Source of the DNA: a virus
Length of the DNA: 63,920 bases
Virus record (IMG/VR): IMGVR_UViG_3300010222_000003
Coordinates: 1-63,920 of that record
Reading direction: 5' to 3' (one strand)
The number at the start of each line of letters is the position of its first letter. The stretch's first letter is position 1. Shown here one piece after another: positions 15,627 to 26,084 of this stretch. A program made the translations under genes and the position numbers. The notes below the pieces were generated by a model. It was not told where the DNA came from. It saw nothing but the letters and a program-made list of their open reading frames with translations, and ran no database searches.

Positions 15627-18326
15627 TCAGGCGAACGCCGCCAGGCGTGATTGTTCGCCCTTAGTCGGATCTAAGTTCACTTGTTCGATAGCCTTGTGAC
15701 AGTAATTTTTCCACAAGAATTTGCGGCGCTCAGGCGTGAAGCAAAACGGTTCATCGTTCGCCTTGGGGTTCGGATCTTCCGGATCTAACTGTAAGTGCGG
15801 CAATTGGTTTTCTCGAATCGCCGGATGCACCGTCTTGGTCGTTCCGGACCCGTATTTGATGTAATCTACCTTGTCCCCGCGACCCAGTTTCGCACCCGTG
15901 ATTAGGTCCCGGTCAATAGCCAGGTTATACTGCTTCGCCGCCCTGGTATGGGCCGACTTCCCGGCATAGACATCACAATCACATGCTGAGGATTCCGAAT
16001 CCTCAGCATCACACGCACACGAAAGCCGCTTCCCAAGACCCTTGTGCCGAACCAGCTTGTCGTCTAAGCTTCCCGAGTACACCGCGTGCTTGAACGCTTC
16101 GATGATATGATCCGTGTCCCTGTCTTCAAGCAGCGCGTCAACCAAGGCGCGCTGTAAGTCGGAAGCAACATCCATCGTATCCGACTTTTTGCACTTTAGC
16201 CCCGTGACCTTCTTCTTATCCGACGGTTCCCCGTCTTCCCACACCCGATGATAGGCGTACGCTTTCTTCTTGTCGGTTTGAACGAACCTATCAGCGACGT
16301 AATCCACGTCTAAGTTCAACACCTCAGCGTTCGCGTTCAAGTCTTCGGCCGCTAAGGTCTTTATATGGTCGTTCAGCTTGTCTACGACAGTGTTTGCTAC
16401 TGCTGCTACGGCCTTCGGCTCAGCGTCGGGGTCATCTTCCGCCAGTTCGATAAATACACTGTCCGTGTCACCCCCTACCACACGCTTTACTTCCGGACAC
16501 TCGGCTTCAACGAAGCGTTCGCATTCCCTGATCAGGAACTGCCCGGTTTCAGTGATATGTTCGCTCATACCCGGCAGGTAGTAACGGTGCAATGGCGACG
16601 CCACAACACCGTAGCTGCTGTTATACAAGCTTTTGATGCCCATATACATAGCTTCAGCAACCGCTTCTTCCTCCGAATCGTTCGGAGCGCTGTTTTTTCG
16701 GTCCTTGTAGTCCTGTGCAACCGTATCCAGCTTTTCGGTCGCGGCGGCCAAGAGGCCTTGTTCGCTATCAGGGGTGTTGAACCCGCCGCGGCTTCGTTCC
16801 CCGGCCCCGAAAGCTTCGTTCACCCCTTTAACCGGAGAACTGCCGTCTTCTATCCAGGTGTTTTCCCCGATGTTCAACGCCCGAATGATGTTCGGGTACA
16901 TCGAAGAGAAATCGGCAGTGATGACCCACGAATGTTTGCCCGGAACCGGATCAAAGACATAACCGCCCGGAAACTTACCTGTATCAGCATAGCGCCCGCG
17001 GTCCCCGAAGACATAACCGACGCGCTGCGCTTCGCGAAGCACAACCGAATCAACGGCCTTCCCAACCGCCACCTGCGGGTAGCCGTCATTATCATAGGTA
17101 ATCGAAGACATGCGGGTGTAACCCTCAGCACAGACGCGCGCGGTCGCTTCGACTAAGCTGTATTCGTCGCTGATCTTCTTCGTTAGCCGCGCGTCCTGTA
17201 GGTTGTATTCACGAAGGCGCTCAGAACCGCTATCGAACCATTCCCGCAGGTTCTGATAGCTTTCCGATTCGGCCATGTCCTTAGAATCGCCGACTTCGGC
17301 CTCAGCAACCGCGTCTAAGCTGTACGAATCCAGTTGGTCGCGCTTGAATGACCGAAACAACCCCATGCCGTCAAAGTGTATAATCTCCGAAGACGGCCAA
17401 TAGTAGCCGCCGACTTTTTCCATCCTGTTTTTCAAATACGGCAGGTCGAACGATTCACTATTCCAACCGATCAGCACGAAGTAGTCGCCGAGTAAGCCCC
17501 GGTCGTTGATCCGCGGGTTCCCCCGGTTTGCCGGGTCCCCAACCAGCGCGTTGAAGATTTCGGTTTCCGATCCGCTGATAAAGTGTTCGTTGCCGTTGCC
17601 GTCAACTGCCGCAAACGACAAAATCTGAGCATCCGCGTCTTCGACTTCCGGAAAACCGTCTGACGGATCGACTTCAATGTCAAAGAATAGCACGTCAGAC
17701 GGGTCCGGAGCATCCAGGGCGATACCTTCGTCTATCATGACCCGGCGAACATACGGAACATCGGCCTGATAAGTAAGCGGCGGTTCCTCGGTGTCATGCA
17801 AAACCTCAGCAGCGTTACGCTTCACGTCGGCTTGTGACTTTTCCGAATAGACAGCGCCGGGCGGTAGGTCCGACGCTTCGGTTTCCTCGGTACGCACCGT
17901 GCTGTCATCGACTAACCGCTCATGCACGTATTCCTGCCCTTCTGCGGACCATTCTAATGCCTGCCGGGCGGCTTCCCGGTCGTCGCGAATCTCATCCAGC
18001 GCGCGCCGGATTTGCCCAATGTGCTTCGGCAACGAAGCACACAAACGGTCATACCCGTCCGGTGCCGCAGGTTCATCAATGAAGTCACGTCTTTGCGGTC
18101 CGAAGTCCGGATCATTCCAGGGTATTTGTTCAAAAGCGCCACTGTCGATGTAACAGTACGGCAGAAACGGGTATTCATCCGTCTTTTTCCGCCGCTTAAC
18201 ACCGTCTTCCTTTACCAGCAGTTCCAGGTGAAGCGCCGTTTGATCGCCAGTAGGGTCCTGGCGCACCCCGTAGTCAATGTCGTACAAGTCGAAGTCGGCG
18301 GGGTCGTCGGCAGGGTTTTGCGCCAT
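15627..18326 (-). CDS. polB: Family B DNA polymerase
   Basis: Exo I FFDIEVD, YNLQDARL, Pol A DFSSMYPNII, Pol B KSLYNSSYG, Pol C GGDTDSVF. Confidence 0.95.
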   Translation of the reverse strand: MAQNPADDPADFDLYDIDYGVRQDPTGDQTALHLELLVKEDGVKRRKKTDEYPFLPYCYIDSGAFEQIPWNDPDFGPQRRDFIDEPAAPDGYDRLCASLPKHIGQIRRALDEIRDDREAARQALEWSAEGQEYVHERLVDDSTVRTEETEASDLPPGAVYSEKSQADVKRNAAEVLHDTEEPPLTYQADVPYVRRVMIDEGIALDAPDPSDVLFFDIEVDPSDGFPEVEDADAQILSFAAVDGNGNEHFISGSETEIFNALVGDPANRGNPRINDRGLLGDYFVLIGWNSESFDLPYLKNRMEKVGGYYWPSSEIIHFDGMGLFRSFKRDQLDSYSLDAVAEAEVGDSKDMAESESYQNLREWFDSGSERLREYNLQDARLTKKISDEYSLVEATARVCAEGYTRMSSITYDNDGYPQVAVGKAVDSVVLREAQRVGYVFGDRGRYADTGKFPGGYVFDPVPGKHSWVITADFSSMYPNIIRALNIGENTWIEDGSSPVKGVNEAFGAGERSRGGFNTPDSEQGLLAAATEKLDTVAQDYKDRKNSAPNDSEEEAVAEAMYMGIKSLYNSSYGVVASPLHRYYLPGMSEHITETGQFLIRECERFVEAECPEVKRVVGGDTDSVFIELAEDDPDAEPKAVAAVANTVVDKLNDHIKTLAAEDLNANAEVLNLDVDYVADRFVQTDKKKAYAYHRVWEDGEPSDKKKVTGLKCKKSDTMDVASDLQRALVDALLEDRDTDHIIEAFKHAVYSGSLDDKLVRHKGLGKRLSCACDAEDSESSACDCDVYAGKSAHTRAAKQYNLAIDRDLITGAKLGRGDKVDYIKYGSGTTKTVHPAIRENQLPHLQLDPEDPNPKANDEPFCFTPERRKFLWKNYCHKAIEQVNLDPTKGEQSRLAAFA

Positions 18327-18358
18327 GCGCTACCGTAAACAACCCCGCAAACAAAAGC

Positions 18359-18808
18359 CTATTGGAACCCAGGCGTTCCAGGCGAATCCTCGGTGCCGAA
18401 CAAACCACCCAACACGCTGTTATCAGACGGCGTGCTGGTAGCCAGTTGTTCCTCCATTTCCTGGCGCGATTCGATAGCTTCGTTGTACGCCGCCTTCATT
18501 TCTTCGTCGGAAACGCTCAGTTCGGAAATCGCGTTCCAAGGAAACACGCGGTAGCCGTACTCGGTAAAGATTCCCAAAACGTCGCGCCGCTTCGCGAAAC
18601 ACGTCGAAGCCGACACGTATCCCCGGACAGTGTTTCGCTTGAACGCTTCGGGGTCGATTTCAACCGTGGCGAACAACATTCCATCCATGTCCGCCGCACG
18701 GCTATACAGGGTTTCATCTTCGCCGAGTGGTTCCATGTCTTCACCGCCACCGATTCCTCCGCCGCTGAGGTTAAACGACATAAAACAAACCAGCAGCGCC
18801 ACGAACAA
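18359..18808 (-). CDS. Hypothetical protein with N-terminal hydrophobic segment
   Basis: 149 aa with an acidic body. No family recognised. Confidence 0.5.
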   Translation of the reverse strand: MFVALLVCFMSFNLSGGGIGGGEDMEPLGEDETLYSRAADMDGMLFATVEIDPEAFKRNTVRGYVSASTCFAKRRDVLGIFTEYGYRVFPWNAISELSVSDEEMKAAYNEAIESRQEMEEQLATSTPSDNSVLGGLFGTEDSPGTPGFQ

Positions 18809-18822
18809 AAAGGTTTGCTATG

Positions 18823-19686
18823 CTACTCCGAATCCCACTGGCTACCGCCGACCTTCTTACACTTATCCACAAACGGACACATTTTTTCACACCCTGTCTG
18901 ATCGTTCAGAGTGTCCGTAACAGGGATCGTATCGCTCAGACGGTTCGACCATTGGGTCATGGCACGCGCCTTCACCTGGCCCCACACAGACGCGTCTAAC
19001 GGCACTGAATAACGCCGCTCTTCTAAGTCATTCCGTACGACATACGTCAGTTCCCCCGGCGCGTCAAACGCGTGTTGATACGTCGTAAGCTGCTGTAGAT
19101 GCACCGGATCGTACCCCCGGCGGTTGTAACGGTCCAAGTAATTCAACCGCGTAGTGGTTTTCGTTTCAACCACCCGGTCAATGCATCCATCATATTCGTC
19201 CCAACTTTCCGCTTGTTCAACCGTCGGGTAGCCCTCCTTTTCTTCGTCATACGAAGAACGCGCTACTCGGGACCCGTCGGGCAAAACAGCTACATGACCC
19301 CTGCCGGCAGCGTCTTGGTTAAACACAACCCAGTCCGATTCGCCGACTATCCGTATGCAACCTTCACGACCGGGTGCCGGCAGAAAAATCGTACACCCGA
19401 CATCCTGGCGAACCCGCTTGTCGCCAAAGCGTTCTCGGAGCGCCCGCCCGTAAAAGTCTTCAAGCATATTCCCAAGCGGGAAATAAGGAGACGATTCGGG
19501 GTTTTTGCCGATTTCGTGCAACCAGTACATCCGGCGCTGGCACTTTCCGATTTTAGACGCGTGTACATCGTCTTGAACCCGCTTGTGCCGGCCCGGATCA
19601 TAGCGGTCAATATGTTCGGCTTCTAAGTACTCCGGAACTAAAGGATCTAATTCGGTCAGCGTCGGGGGATTTTCAGTCAATTCCAT
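18823..19686 (-). CDS. PD-(D/E)XK nuclease, Cas4/RecB-like with Cys cluster
   Basis: ESDWVV ... VVETKT (D...ExK), QQLTTYQHAF, N-terminal Cys (GKCQRR) plus C-terminal CEKMCPFVDKC. Confidence 0.8.
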   Translation of the reverse strand: MELTENPPTLTELDPLVPEYLEAEHIDRYDPGRHKRVQDDVHASKIGKCQRRMYWLHEIGKNPESSPYFPLGNMLEDFYGRALRERFGDKRVRQDVGCTIFLPAPGREGCIRIVGESDWVVFNQDAAGRGHVAVLPDGSRVARSSYDEEKEGYPTVEQAESWDEYDGCIDRVVETKTTTRLNYLDRYNRRGYDPVHLQQLTTYQHAFDAPGELTYVVRNDLEERRYSVPLDASVWGQVKARAMTQWSNRLSDTIPVTDTLNDQTGCEKMCPFVDKCKKVGGSQWDSE

Positions 19687-19786
19687 ACGTCAACTAATAG
19701 TTCGGAGCCGTGTTAAACCCTTCGGGACAAGGCTTGTTAACTATAAACAGTAAGCTTAAAATACGATACAGCGCACAGAAATAAGC

Positions 19787-20140
19787 ATGAATGGCGCGAA
19801 TGCGGACGATACTATTTCAGTACGTCAGTTGACGAAGGCCTACAGAAAAGGCAAAATTTCCAGCGACGAATTTATGGACGCACTACACGGAAGCTACCCA
19901 TATCACGAACAAATAGAAGTCATCACTATGCCACAACCCGGCGAACTGATCATTTCCTACAACGGTGGGACAAATCCGACCTTACACAGTCAACTACGAA
20001 ACGCCGGATGGGACACTGACGGAATCGAAATCTACGAAGAGCAAACCCAACACGGCGTCGAACGAACCCAAACCACCGCTGTTGCCGAGTACGAACTAAA
20101 AACCGAGGAACGCCGCCAAATGGTTCAACTGTCCTACTGA
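19787..20140 (+). CDS. Hypothetical protein (plus strand)
   Basis: 117 aa of natural composition. A CTTAAAAT box lies about 25 nt upstream of the ATG. Confidence 0.6.
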   Translation: MNGANADDTISVRQLTKAYRKGKISSDEFMDALHGSYPYHEQIEVITMPQPGELIISYNGGTNPTLHSQLRNAGWDTDGIEIYEEQTQHGVERTQTTAVAEYELKTEERRQMVQLSY

Positions 20141-20826
20141 TCCGCAGAACCTGCGGTTTCTGCGGATGTATCGGGGGCGTCAGTTTTGCCCCAAGATTCT
20201 AAGATAACGTCTTCGGCAACGCCGCCTTTCAGTTCCGTCAAATCGATATAGACAGCAGCGCCGCCTTTTGGCGAATCGAACGGACCGCGCGGAACAATCG
20301 TTCCAGCGTCAATGTAGGTCACTAACGATTCAGTGTCTACAAGTACGAACCGTTGTACGGTATCCTCTTCGCCCTTCCTCGGAGCGCCCCGAACGCCGAA
20401 CCCATACAGCGGCACAACGCCACCAGGTTGGTCCCGAGCCGTACGATAGCGTTCGATTTCCGACGGCCTATCTCGGAAGCTGAAATCCGTATCTGCCGGC
20501 GTAAACGGATGTTTCCAGCGGTTCGTTCGACAGTTCCGAATCCGCTGCGCAATACACACAGTCCGCCCGTCGGGGGTCCGCACTACCTTGTCTACGCCCG
20601 CGTAATCCAGGGCGTGGCGTAGTTGCACTTCGCCTTCATAGACGCCTTCCTCGGGACGCTCAGCGTCGATGATTTGGCTTTCGGAGCCGAAGTAATCCCG
20701 GTAGTACGCTTCGGCCTGTACGTCGAACCGCGCCGCCGTCTTCGCGTTATCTACCGCTTCTTCGTTGAAGCGCTCCGTATTCACGTCTACCGGCGTGTCT
20801 TCTACACCCGCGTCGCCTGGCGTCAT
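20134..20826 (-). CDS. Hypothetical protein
   Basis: Start moved to MTPGDAGV, giving an ATGA overlap with the upstream gene (20823-20826). Confidence 0.6.
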   Translation of the reverse strand: MTPGDAGVEDTPVDVNTERFNEEAVDNAKTAARFDVQAEAYYRDYFGSESQIIDAERPEEGVYEGEVQLRHALDYAGVDKVVRTPDGRTVCIAQRIRNCRTNRWKHPFTPADTDFSFRDRPSEIERYRTARDQPGGVVPLYGFGVRGAPRKGEEDTVQRFVLVDTESLVTYIDAGTIVPRGPFDSPKGGAAVYIDLTELKGGVAEDVILESWGKTDAPDTSAETAGSADQ

Positions 20827-21053
20827 TGGTGTGGACCCAAAGCCGAACGGTCGAAACGCACAGGACAAGCCGGCGGCACAATATCAGGGAAATCAGGGTC
20901 CGAGTCTTCCCGATCATCGGGGTCGTCGGGGTCCGGACCTGGATCAGCGGCGGGTTTTCCGCAGTAGGGACACCTGTCTAAATCATCGTTATAGCGCCGT
21001 TTACAGCGCTTACAAATCGCGCTTCCCAAAAGTCGGAAGTCATCTATGCCCAT
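20823..21053 (-). CDS. Zinc-ribbon protein, hypothetical
   Basis: 76 aa with CKRC ... CPYC followed by a Pro/Asp-rich tail. Confidence 0.6.
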   Translation of the reverse strand: MGIDDFRLLGSAICKRCKRRYNDDLDRCPYCGKPAADPGPDPDDPDDREDSDPDFPDIVPPACPVRFDRSALGPHQ

Positions 21054-21127
21054 AGGGGCGAATTAGGGCGCGAAGTAATAAGGATTTCGGGGCCGAAGCG
21101 GCCGAATCGGCGGGGGTAGAAACCGGC

Positions 21128-21583
21128 TTAGCGGCAGAAGTTTTCAACCGCGTCACGCACCATTTCCGCGTCGCGTTCCTCTGATGCTTGTTCTGCCGCA
21201 GCATCGTACAACCGATCCGCGTCAACCCCGCCCCACCGGTCCCCGGACTCGGCTAAGGCGTCTTCTAACAACGCGCTTTCACCCAATTCAAGGTAAATCA
21301 GCGCGCGGAGCACGTCGTAATGATGGAAACCAGCAGTGCGGACGAAAACCCCATCTTCCGACCGGTCGATCATGTCCTTAACCAGGAAGTCGCCCGGCGG
21401 TTCGGCATACTCCGAATCTTCGGCCTTTTCAGGCAGAAACTCCGACGGACCAACCGGCGGAGCTTCCGATTCGGTTTCGTCACTATTCGCCTGGGTCGCC
21501 TGATGTGCGTGCTTGTCCCACGGGTGGGGCCTGGGTTCAACCATACCAAAAGCCACGGGCTCCGGCCTTATTAATGCACCCAC
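21128..21583 (-). CDS. Hypothetical acidic protein
   Basis: 151 aa. The start could be the internal MVEPRPH. Confidence 0.5.
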   Translation of the reverse strand: MGALIRPEPVAFGMVEPRPHPWDKHAHQATQANSDETESEAPPVGPSEFLPEKAEDSEYAEPPGDFLVKDMIDRSEDGVFVRTAGFHHYDVLRALIYLELGESALLEDALAESGDRWGGVDADRLYDAAAEQASEERDAEMVRDAVENFCR

Positions 21584-21628
21584 AAAAATTTATTTCGGAG
21601 CTACGGAGCCGAAACTACAAGCCTACGG

Positions 21629-22486
21629 TTACGCCGCGGCAACGATGTCTCCGCCTTCCCGGAACGAAAAGCCGACGTGTTCGACTACGGCTTCCACGTC
21701 CGGGGTTCCATCGATCATGTCATCCAGGAAGTTCGCCAGGTCCGCCCGGGCGGCTTCCCCATCGTTCACGTTCTTCACGTACATTCGCGTCGGATCGGCC
21801 AGCGAAGCGACTTCCTCCGGAACCTCCGAGGTAGACCCTTCGCCGCTACTCTGCGGCGAAGGCCGGGTGTCCGAAGGTGCCGGGCCGCTACCACCGCCGG
21901 CAGCAGCAACGCCGCCGTCAGTCGCCGCGTTATCGGCACTATCAGCAGCAGGCATGGAATTGCTACCTTCGCGACCGCGGCGATCATCACCTCGGGGACC
22001 CTGGTAGTTCGCCTTTGCCGCTTCGAAAAGGCCCGTGTGTTCGTAGTCCTCAGCACGCCATTGCTCAGGACCCATGACGGACACTTCGTAGACGTATTGC
22101 TCGTTTTGCGCACCTTCGGGCTTGTACTTCCCATCACAGTACACAACTACAGCGTCCCCGATTTCGGCCTCGGAAACAAGCTGCTGTAGGCGCGCGTGGG
22201 TGGGAACGTTAAGCGCCGTACCCGGAGTAACCGAAATCTCCTCTTCCCCATCACCGTAGCCACTAACAACCGTGTCGCTAAAGTCTTCGGCCAGGGCCAG
22301 GGTAATGGCCTCTTCGTCGGAGTCATCACCCTGTAGCTGATCGTAGCCGTAGCCGGGAAGCATGGCCCCCGACATAACCACACCGCCGATTTGGGACCCA
22401 TCGTTCTGATCGGGCTTCCAAAACGGCGCGGTGCGGCTACTACGGCGCGATTCGTCGGGCGTCGCGTCAATCGATAGTTCGGACAT
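21629..22486 (-). CDS. Hypothetical protein with low-complexity linker (possible ssDNA-binding role, positional guess)
   Basis: Start moved to MSELSIDATP, because the longer ORF N-terminus is a translation of repeat copy B. GGGTACAAACCC hairpin immediately 5' of the ATG. Confidence 0.6.
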   Translation of the reverse strand: MSELSIDATPDESRRSSRTAPFWKPDQNDGSQIGGVVMSGAMLPGYGYDQLQGDDSDEEAITLALAEDFSDTVVSGYGDGEEEISVTPGTALNVPTHARLQQLVSEAEIGDAVVVYCDGKYKPEGAQNEQYVYEVSVMGPEQWRAEDYEHTGLFEAAKANYQGPRGDDRRGREGSNSMPAADSADNAATDGGVAAAGGGSGPAPSDTRPSPQSSGEGSTSEVPEEVASLADPTRMYVKNVNDGEAARADLANFLDDMIDGTPDVEAVVEHVGFSFREGGDIVAAA

Positions 22487-22530
22487 GGGTTTGTACCCAC
22501 CCGTCTTTACCAGGGCGAAGTGCATAAATC
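22484..22530 (-). promoter_or_regulatory. Promoter plus hairpin-leader, P4 (related to P1-P3)
   Basis: Minus strand reads ATTTAT-N25-GGGTACAAACCC-ATG, the same architecture as the P1-P3 cassette. Confidence 0.45.
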
Positions 22531-22563
22531 CGTCGATCCAGCGTAAACCGCACGCTGGATGGG

Positions 22564-22585
22564 GCGTTGAATGCTTATTCAGCGC
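22564..22585. repeat. T2 palindrome copy 2 (degenerate: GCGTTGAAT-GCTT-ATTCAGCGC)
   Basis: One arm carries a mismatch. Lies between element B and the next gene. Confidence 0.7.
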
Positions 22586-22616
22586 GCGGGCTATGTTGAA
22601 AGAACGCGCGGCGTTA

Positions 22617-22720
22617 GGCCCTGAGTGCCTGCGCTCAGGACAAGGCGGCAAAGCTTTCTGGTTCGTTGCCTCGAAATCTGGGAACCAGATTCCCCTTTCT
22701 TGTAGCAACCAAAATCGACC
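22617..22720 (-). repeat. Structured intergenic element, copy B (5'-truncated)
   Basis: Keeps the core, core hairpin (22673-22693) and right arm. Lacks the AT box, hairpin 1 and left arm. Confidence 0.85.
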
Positions 22721-22853
22721 CAAGGCTACTTAGACTGACATATCAGTATAAGCAACCAAGCTAATTGACAAGTTGACCCGAAAACTACGAATTTAGCCCC
22801 AAAAGTTGCCGGAAAAAGAGGTTCGCGCTATAGATGTATCTATCCAGGTTGTT

Positions 22854-25800
22854 TCAGTCGTCGGACCGACGACCCCCCGTAACCGGATTCGCGCGCTTTC
22901 CAAGCAGTGAATCCGCCGAAACCGTGCTGTTATTGCCTGCTTCCTCGGAATCAGGCGCGCCGGAACCAGGCGCGCCGGAAGCCGCGTCTCCGGTTACCAA
23001 GTCAGTGGCCGAAGCCATGATTTCTTCCTTGGTACGTGGTTCCATAGCGTCCTTCATTTCCGCCAGGGCTTCGGCCTTCGTTTCGACCGGTTCGGTTACT
23101 TCGATTCCGAACGCTTCGAACATCTTGAAGATCGCCGAGTCAATGTGCTTGTCGGGGATCAGCGCCGGGACTTCGCCGGCAGGGTGTTCCTCGGAGATAT
23201 TGGTCCCTGTAGCGGAAGTCGGGTCGTTGGAATCCGGAACGTTCGACGCTCGGAGCGCGCTGTTTTGGGTTGCTCGGATCAGTTCGCTTCGCTGTAGGGT
23301 GTAGTCGCCCGTTTCCTGCCCGATGTAACTTTGCCGCGGTGTCGAGAACCGCGCGGAGTGTACTGCCGAGTAGTCAAACTCGGGAAGGTCCACACCTTCG
23401 GCGAAGGATGAATTACTCGGCAGGGCGACGCTGTTTCGCAGTTCGTGTTGCTCTTTGACGCCGCGGAGGTTGCTGATAGTTTTCGCTAAGGGGATCGAAC
23501 CGCCGTGCGCCCTGTCGGCAACGCGTGTTGCTAAGCGCGCGGCGCGTTTCCCGGAGCCTGCGAAGGCCAGCCCGCTGTAGCGCCCGGTGTTCTGTAGGGC
23601 TTCGATGACTTTGCGAATGTCAGCGCTTTGGGTATTAGCGTTTTCGCCCGTGACACGGACGATTTTCATACAGTCGGTTACGGGGGTGAAGTCGGAGGTG
23701 TAGCGCAGCGGTTCGGGCGCGTCTCCGTGTATTAGTTCGTGAACGTTTTGCATCATCGGCAGGTTGTTTCCGGCGAACCAGTAGGTGCATTCGTCGGGCA
23801 GGTTCGCAAAGACGCGCGTCACGTCTCCGACTACGAAGATTTCTTTCTGGTTGCCGTTATCGAAGGTAAAGACGCCTTGAAGGTCTCCCGTGTCATGGTA
23901 CAGCACGTTCATGAACTTCCGGGAATGGTTGGGTTGCTGGTTGCGCAGGCGGGTCAAAGTGTCGTGGAAGCCGGCTTCCGGTTCCACCCGAGCAATTCGT
24001 TCGCGGATCGCTTGGACCATTGCTTGGAAGCCGCCGTCTTCGTCTAAGTCGCCCCAAACGGAGACGTTTGATTTTTCGATGATTGCTTTGATGTCGAGCA
24101 CTGCCTGAGCGGCGGTTTTCATGTCTTGGTGTACCCGGTCGGTGCGTTCCAGGTCTTCGATGTCCGAAATTATCTTTTCTGCGCACCCGGTGAAGCTTTG
24201 ACCTAAGGCGGTGAAGGAAGACGAATCTTGTCCGTATTCGTCAGACGCGCGCCCTGCTTTGTACACGCTTACTGGCATAGCTAACAGCCGGTCGGTCGTC
24301 GCTTCCTCGGAGGTAATCAGCAGGTCGAAGGTTTCGGGTTCTACGGCTTCGAGCTTTTCGGGCGGCAGGACTACGAAGTCCGCAGTTTTGGCCCCCTGAA
24401 TGTTCGCGTGGTACTGGTTCCGGTCGTCGGGGATTTCTTCGGAAGCGTCCCACGGCGTTAACACGCTTTCACTCGGATAATCCTTACTGCTTGTGTTTAC
24501 GTCGTAGTTTTTCCGAGCGGTGTCCCTGCCGGTCACATACGCGGCGTTGATTTCGAAGTTCACCGCTTTCTCGTAGGTAGCCCTTCCTTCTTCGTGACTT
24601 GGTAGCAGGTATCCCACCCGCGCCCCCTGGTTCACGAAGTGTTTTGCCTTTTCGATGACCGTGTAGGATTTGCCTTGTCGGGCGCACCCTTGAATGGTGG
24701 CGTGTACAGGGGCTTCGCGCGTGGTTCCGTCTTCTTTTTGTACCAGTTCTATCAAATCGGCGCTTTCCTTTTCGGCCATAGCGTCTTCGATGTCGATTTG
24801 GCCTTCGCTTTTTTCGCGACCAAGGTTTAGGTTCGGGTAATCCGCAGCAATGGCGTCTAAAGCTGCGTTGTATTGGTGTGCGCTCAGGTGTTTATCGGGG
24901 TCTTCGGGGTCGTAGTCGTCTATGTCGAAGATTTCTTCTTCGGTAAGTTCGGTGGCTTCGATTGCCGCTTTCATCAGGCAGAGATACGGCACCGGGTCGT
25001 TCTCGGAGATTAGGTTTTTGCGTTTCGCCGTTTTCCAGGCTTGGAATCGCGCTGTCGGGTTCTGAATAAACTCCGAGGGTCCGACACCGGAGCCCGCCAT
25101 ACCGGTGCCGAGTGCTTCGCAGGCGGCGTCTTTGTCGGTTACATCGTCGGAAGCCAGTGCTAACCAGGTCAATGCGTTGTGTGTGACGCCGTGACGCCAG
25201 CATGTTATCAGGTCGGTTCCGGTTGCGGCGTATTCACAGTTTGATCCGGTGTCGCTTCCGTGAATGGGGTGGGGCTGTTTTTCTCCGTTCGGGTTGCCGC
25301 CGGTTGCTATGAAGGCCTGGCGCGCGCCGTTGCCGCTTTGCCCAAATTCGAAGAGTGCGCTTTGGCCGTCTACTTCGTCGGGGTCAACTTGTTCTGCTTG
25401 TGACGCGAACTTCGCGCGTTGCTCTTCGCGCCGCCTTCTGTTTTCGTATTCACAGCGCGCTTTAGCCCGTAGCCAGCTTTTCGGCAGTTCGCGAATGGTA
25501 CACGTCGCCAGTTCCTCCGGCGTCTCTGCTACGGTATATAGCCCGTACTCGGTGTGACCGTTTTTCGGGCTCGGATCGCCGGCCGCCAGGCCGTCTTTCT
25601 GCGGTCGCCAGGACCCCGGCGCGAACATGACTTTCGGCTTCGTAACCCTGCCGCGGAAGTCGGCAATGCGACCTTCGATGTTCCACGCGCCCGGAGCGTC
25701 TATGGCGTCGAAGTCGATTGCTTCTTCGGCGTCTTCGGGTTCGGCGTAGTAAACGTGGTTGCCGCCCGAACGCGACCGGACCCGCAGGCCGCCGGGTTTA

Positions 25801-26084
25801 AACGGTTCGTCGCGCGCGTCTTCTAAGTCTTCGTCTATCGCTACAAGCCGGTCGTCGGGTTCGATAGCAATAGCAACGCCGTACTGCCCTGAATCGTTCT
25901 TGTGGCGCTGTAGGTATTCATGCGCTTCGTGTGCGGTCAACCAGGTGTCTTCGTCCGACCATGCCTGATCGAAGCCGCCGCTTCCGGTTTGGGTAACGTA
26001 TTTCGGCGTAGTGGGGTCTATGCCGGCGCGGTCGGACAGGTATGCGTAAAACCGCTCGAACTGTGCTGGCTTAGTTCCGACCAT
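22854..26084 (-). CDS. Primase-polymerase (AEP) fused to P-loop NTPase/helicase
   Basis: 1076 aa. AEP motif I LVAIDEDL, motif II SRSGGNHVYY, and a central Walker A GCARQGKSYT. Confidence 0.8.
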   Translation of the reverse strand: MVGTKPAQFERFYAYLSDRAGIDPTTPKYVTQTGSGGFDQAWSDEDTWLTAHEAHEYLQRHKNDSGQYGVAIAIEPDDRLVAIDEDLEDARDEPFKPGGLRVRSRSGGNHVYYAEPEDAEEAIDFDAIDAPGAWNIEGRIADFRGRVTKPKVMFAPGSWRPQKDGLAAGDPSPKNGHTEYGLYTVAETPEELATCTIRELPKSWLRAKARCEYENRRRREEQRAKFASQAEQVDPDEVDGQSALFEFGQSGNGARQAFIATGGNPNGEKQPHPIHGSDTGSNCEYAATGTDLITCWRHGVTHNALTWLALASDDVTDKDAACEALGTGMAGSGVGPSEFIQNPTARFQAWKTAKRKNLISENDPVPYLCLMKAAIEATELTEEEIFDIDDYDPEDPDKHLSAHQYNAALDAIAADYPNLNLGREKSEGQIDIEDAMAEKESADLIELVQKEDGTTREAPVHATIQGCARQGKSYTVIEKAKHFVNQGARVGYLLPSHEEGRATYEKAVNFEINAAYVTGRDTARKNYDVNTSSKDYPSESVLTPWDASEEIPDDRNQYHANIQGAKTADFVVLPPEKLEAVEPETFDLLITSEEATTDRLLAMPVSVYKAGRASDEYGQDSSSFTALGQSFTGCAEKIISDIEDLERTDRVHQDMKTAAQAVLDIKAIIEKSNVSVWGDLDEDGGFQAMVQAIRERIARVEPEAGFHDTLTRLRNQQPNHSRKFMNVLYHDTGDLQGVFTFDNGNQKEIFVVGDVTRVFANLPDECTYWFAGNNLPMMQNVHELIHGDAPEPLRYTSDFTPVTDCMKIVRVTGENANTQSADIRKVIEALQNTGRYSGLAFAGSGKRAARLATRVADRAHGGSIPLAKTISNLRGVKEQHELRNSVALPSNSSFAEGVDLPEFDYSAVHSARFSTPRQSYIGQETGDYTLQRSELIRATQNSALRASNVPDSNDPTSATGTNISEEHPAGEVPALIPDKHIDSAIFKMFEAFGIEVTEPVETKAEALAEMKDAMEPRTKEEIMASATDLVTGDAASGAPGSGAPDSEEAGNNSTVSADSLLGKRANPVTGGRRSDD

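Noticed and set aside
22487-22723. N-terminal extensions or whole ORFs that translate the repeat elements (21629-22723 N-terminus, 63616-63897 N-terminus, 32-259, 46493-46807, 56431-56640, 60407-60826).
   Set aside because: The amino-acid sequence is not conserved between copies and the frames differ. Better starts with promoter or SD-like signals exist downstream, so the elements are treated as non-coding.
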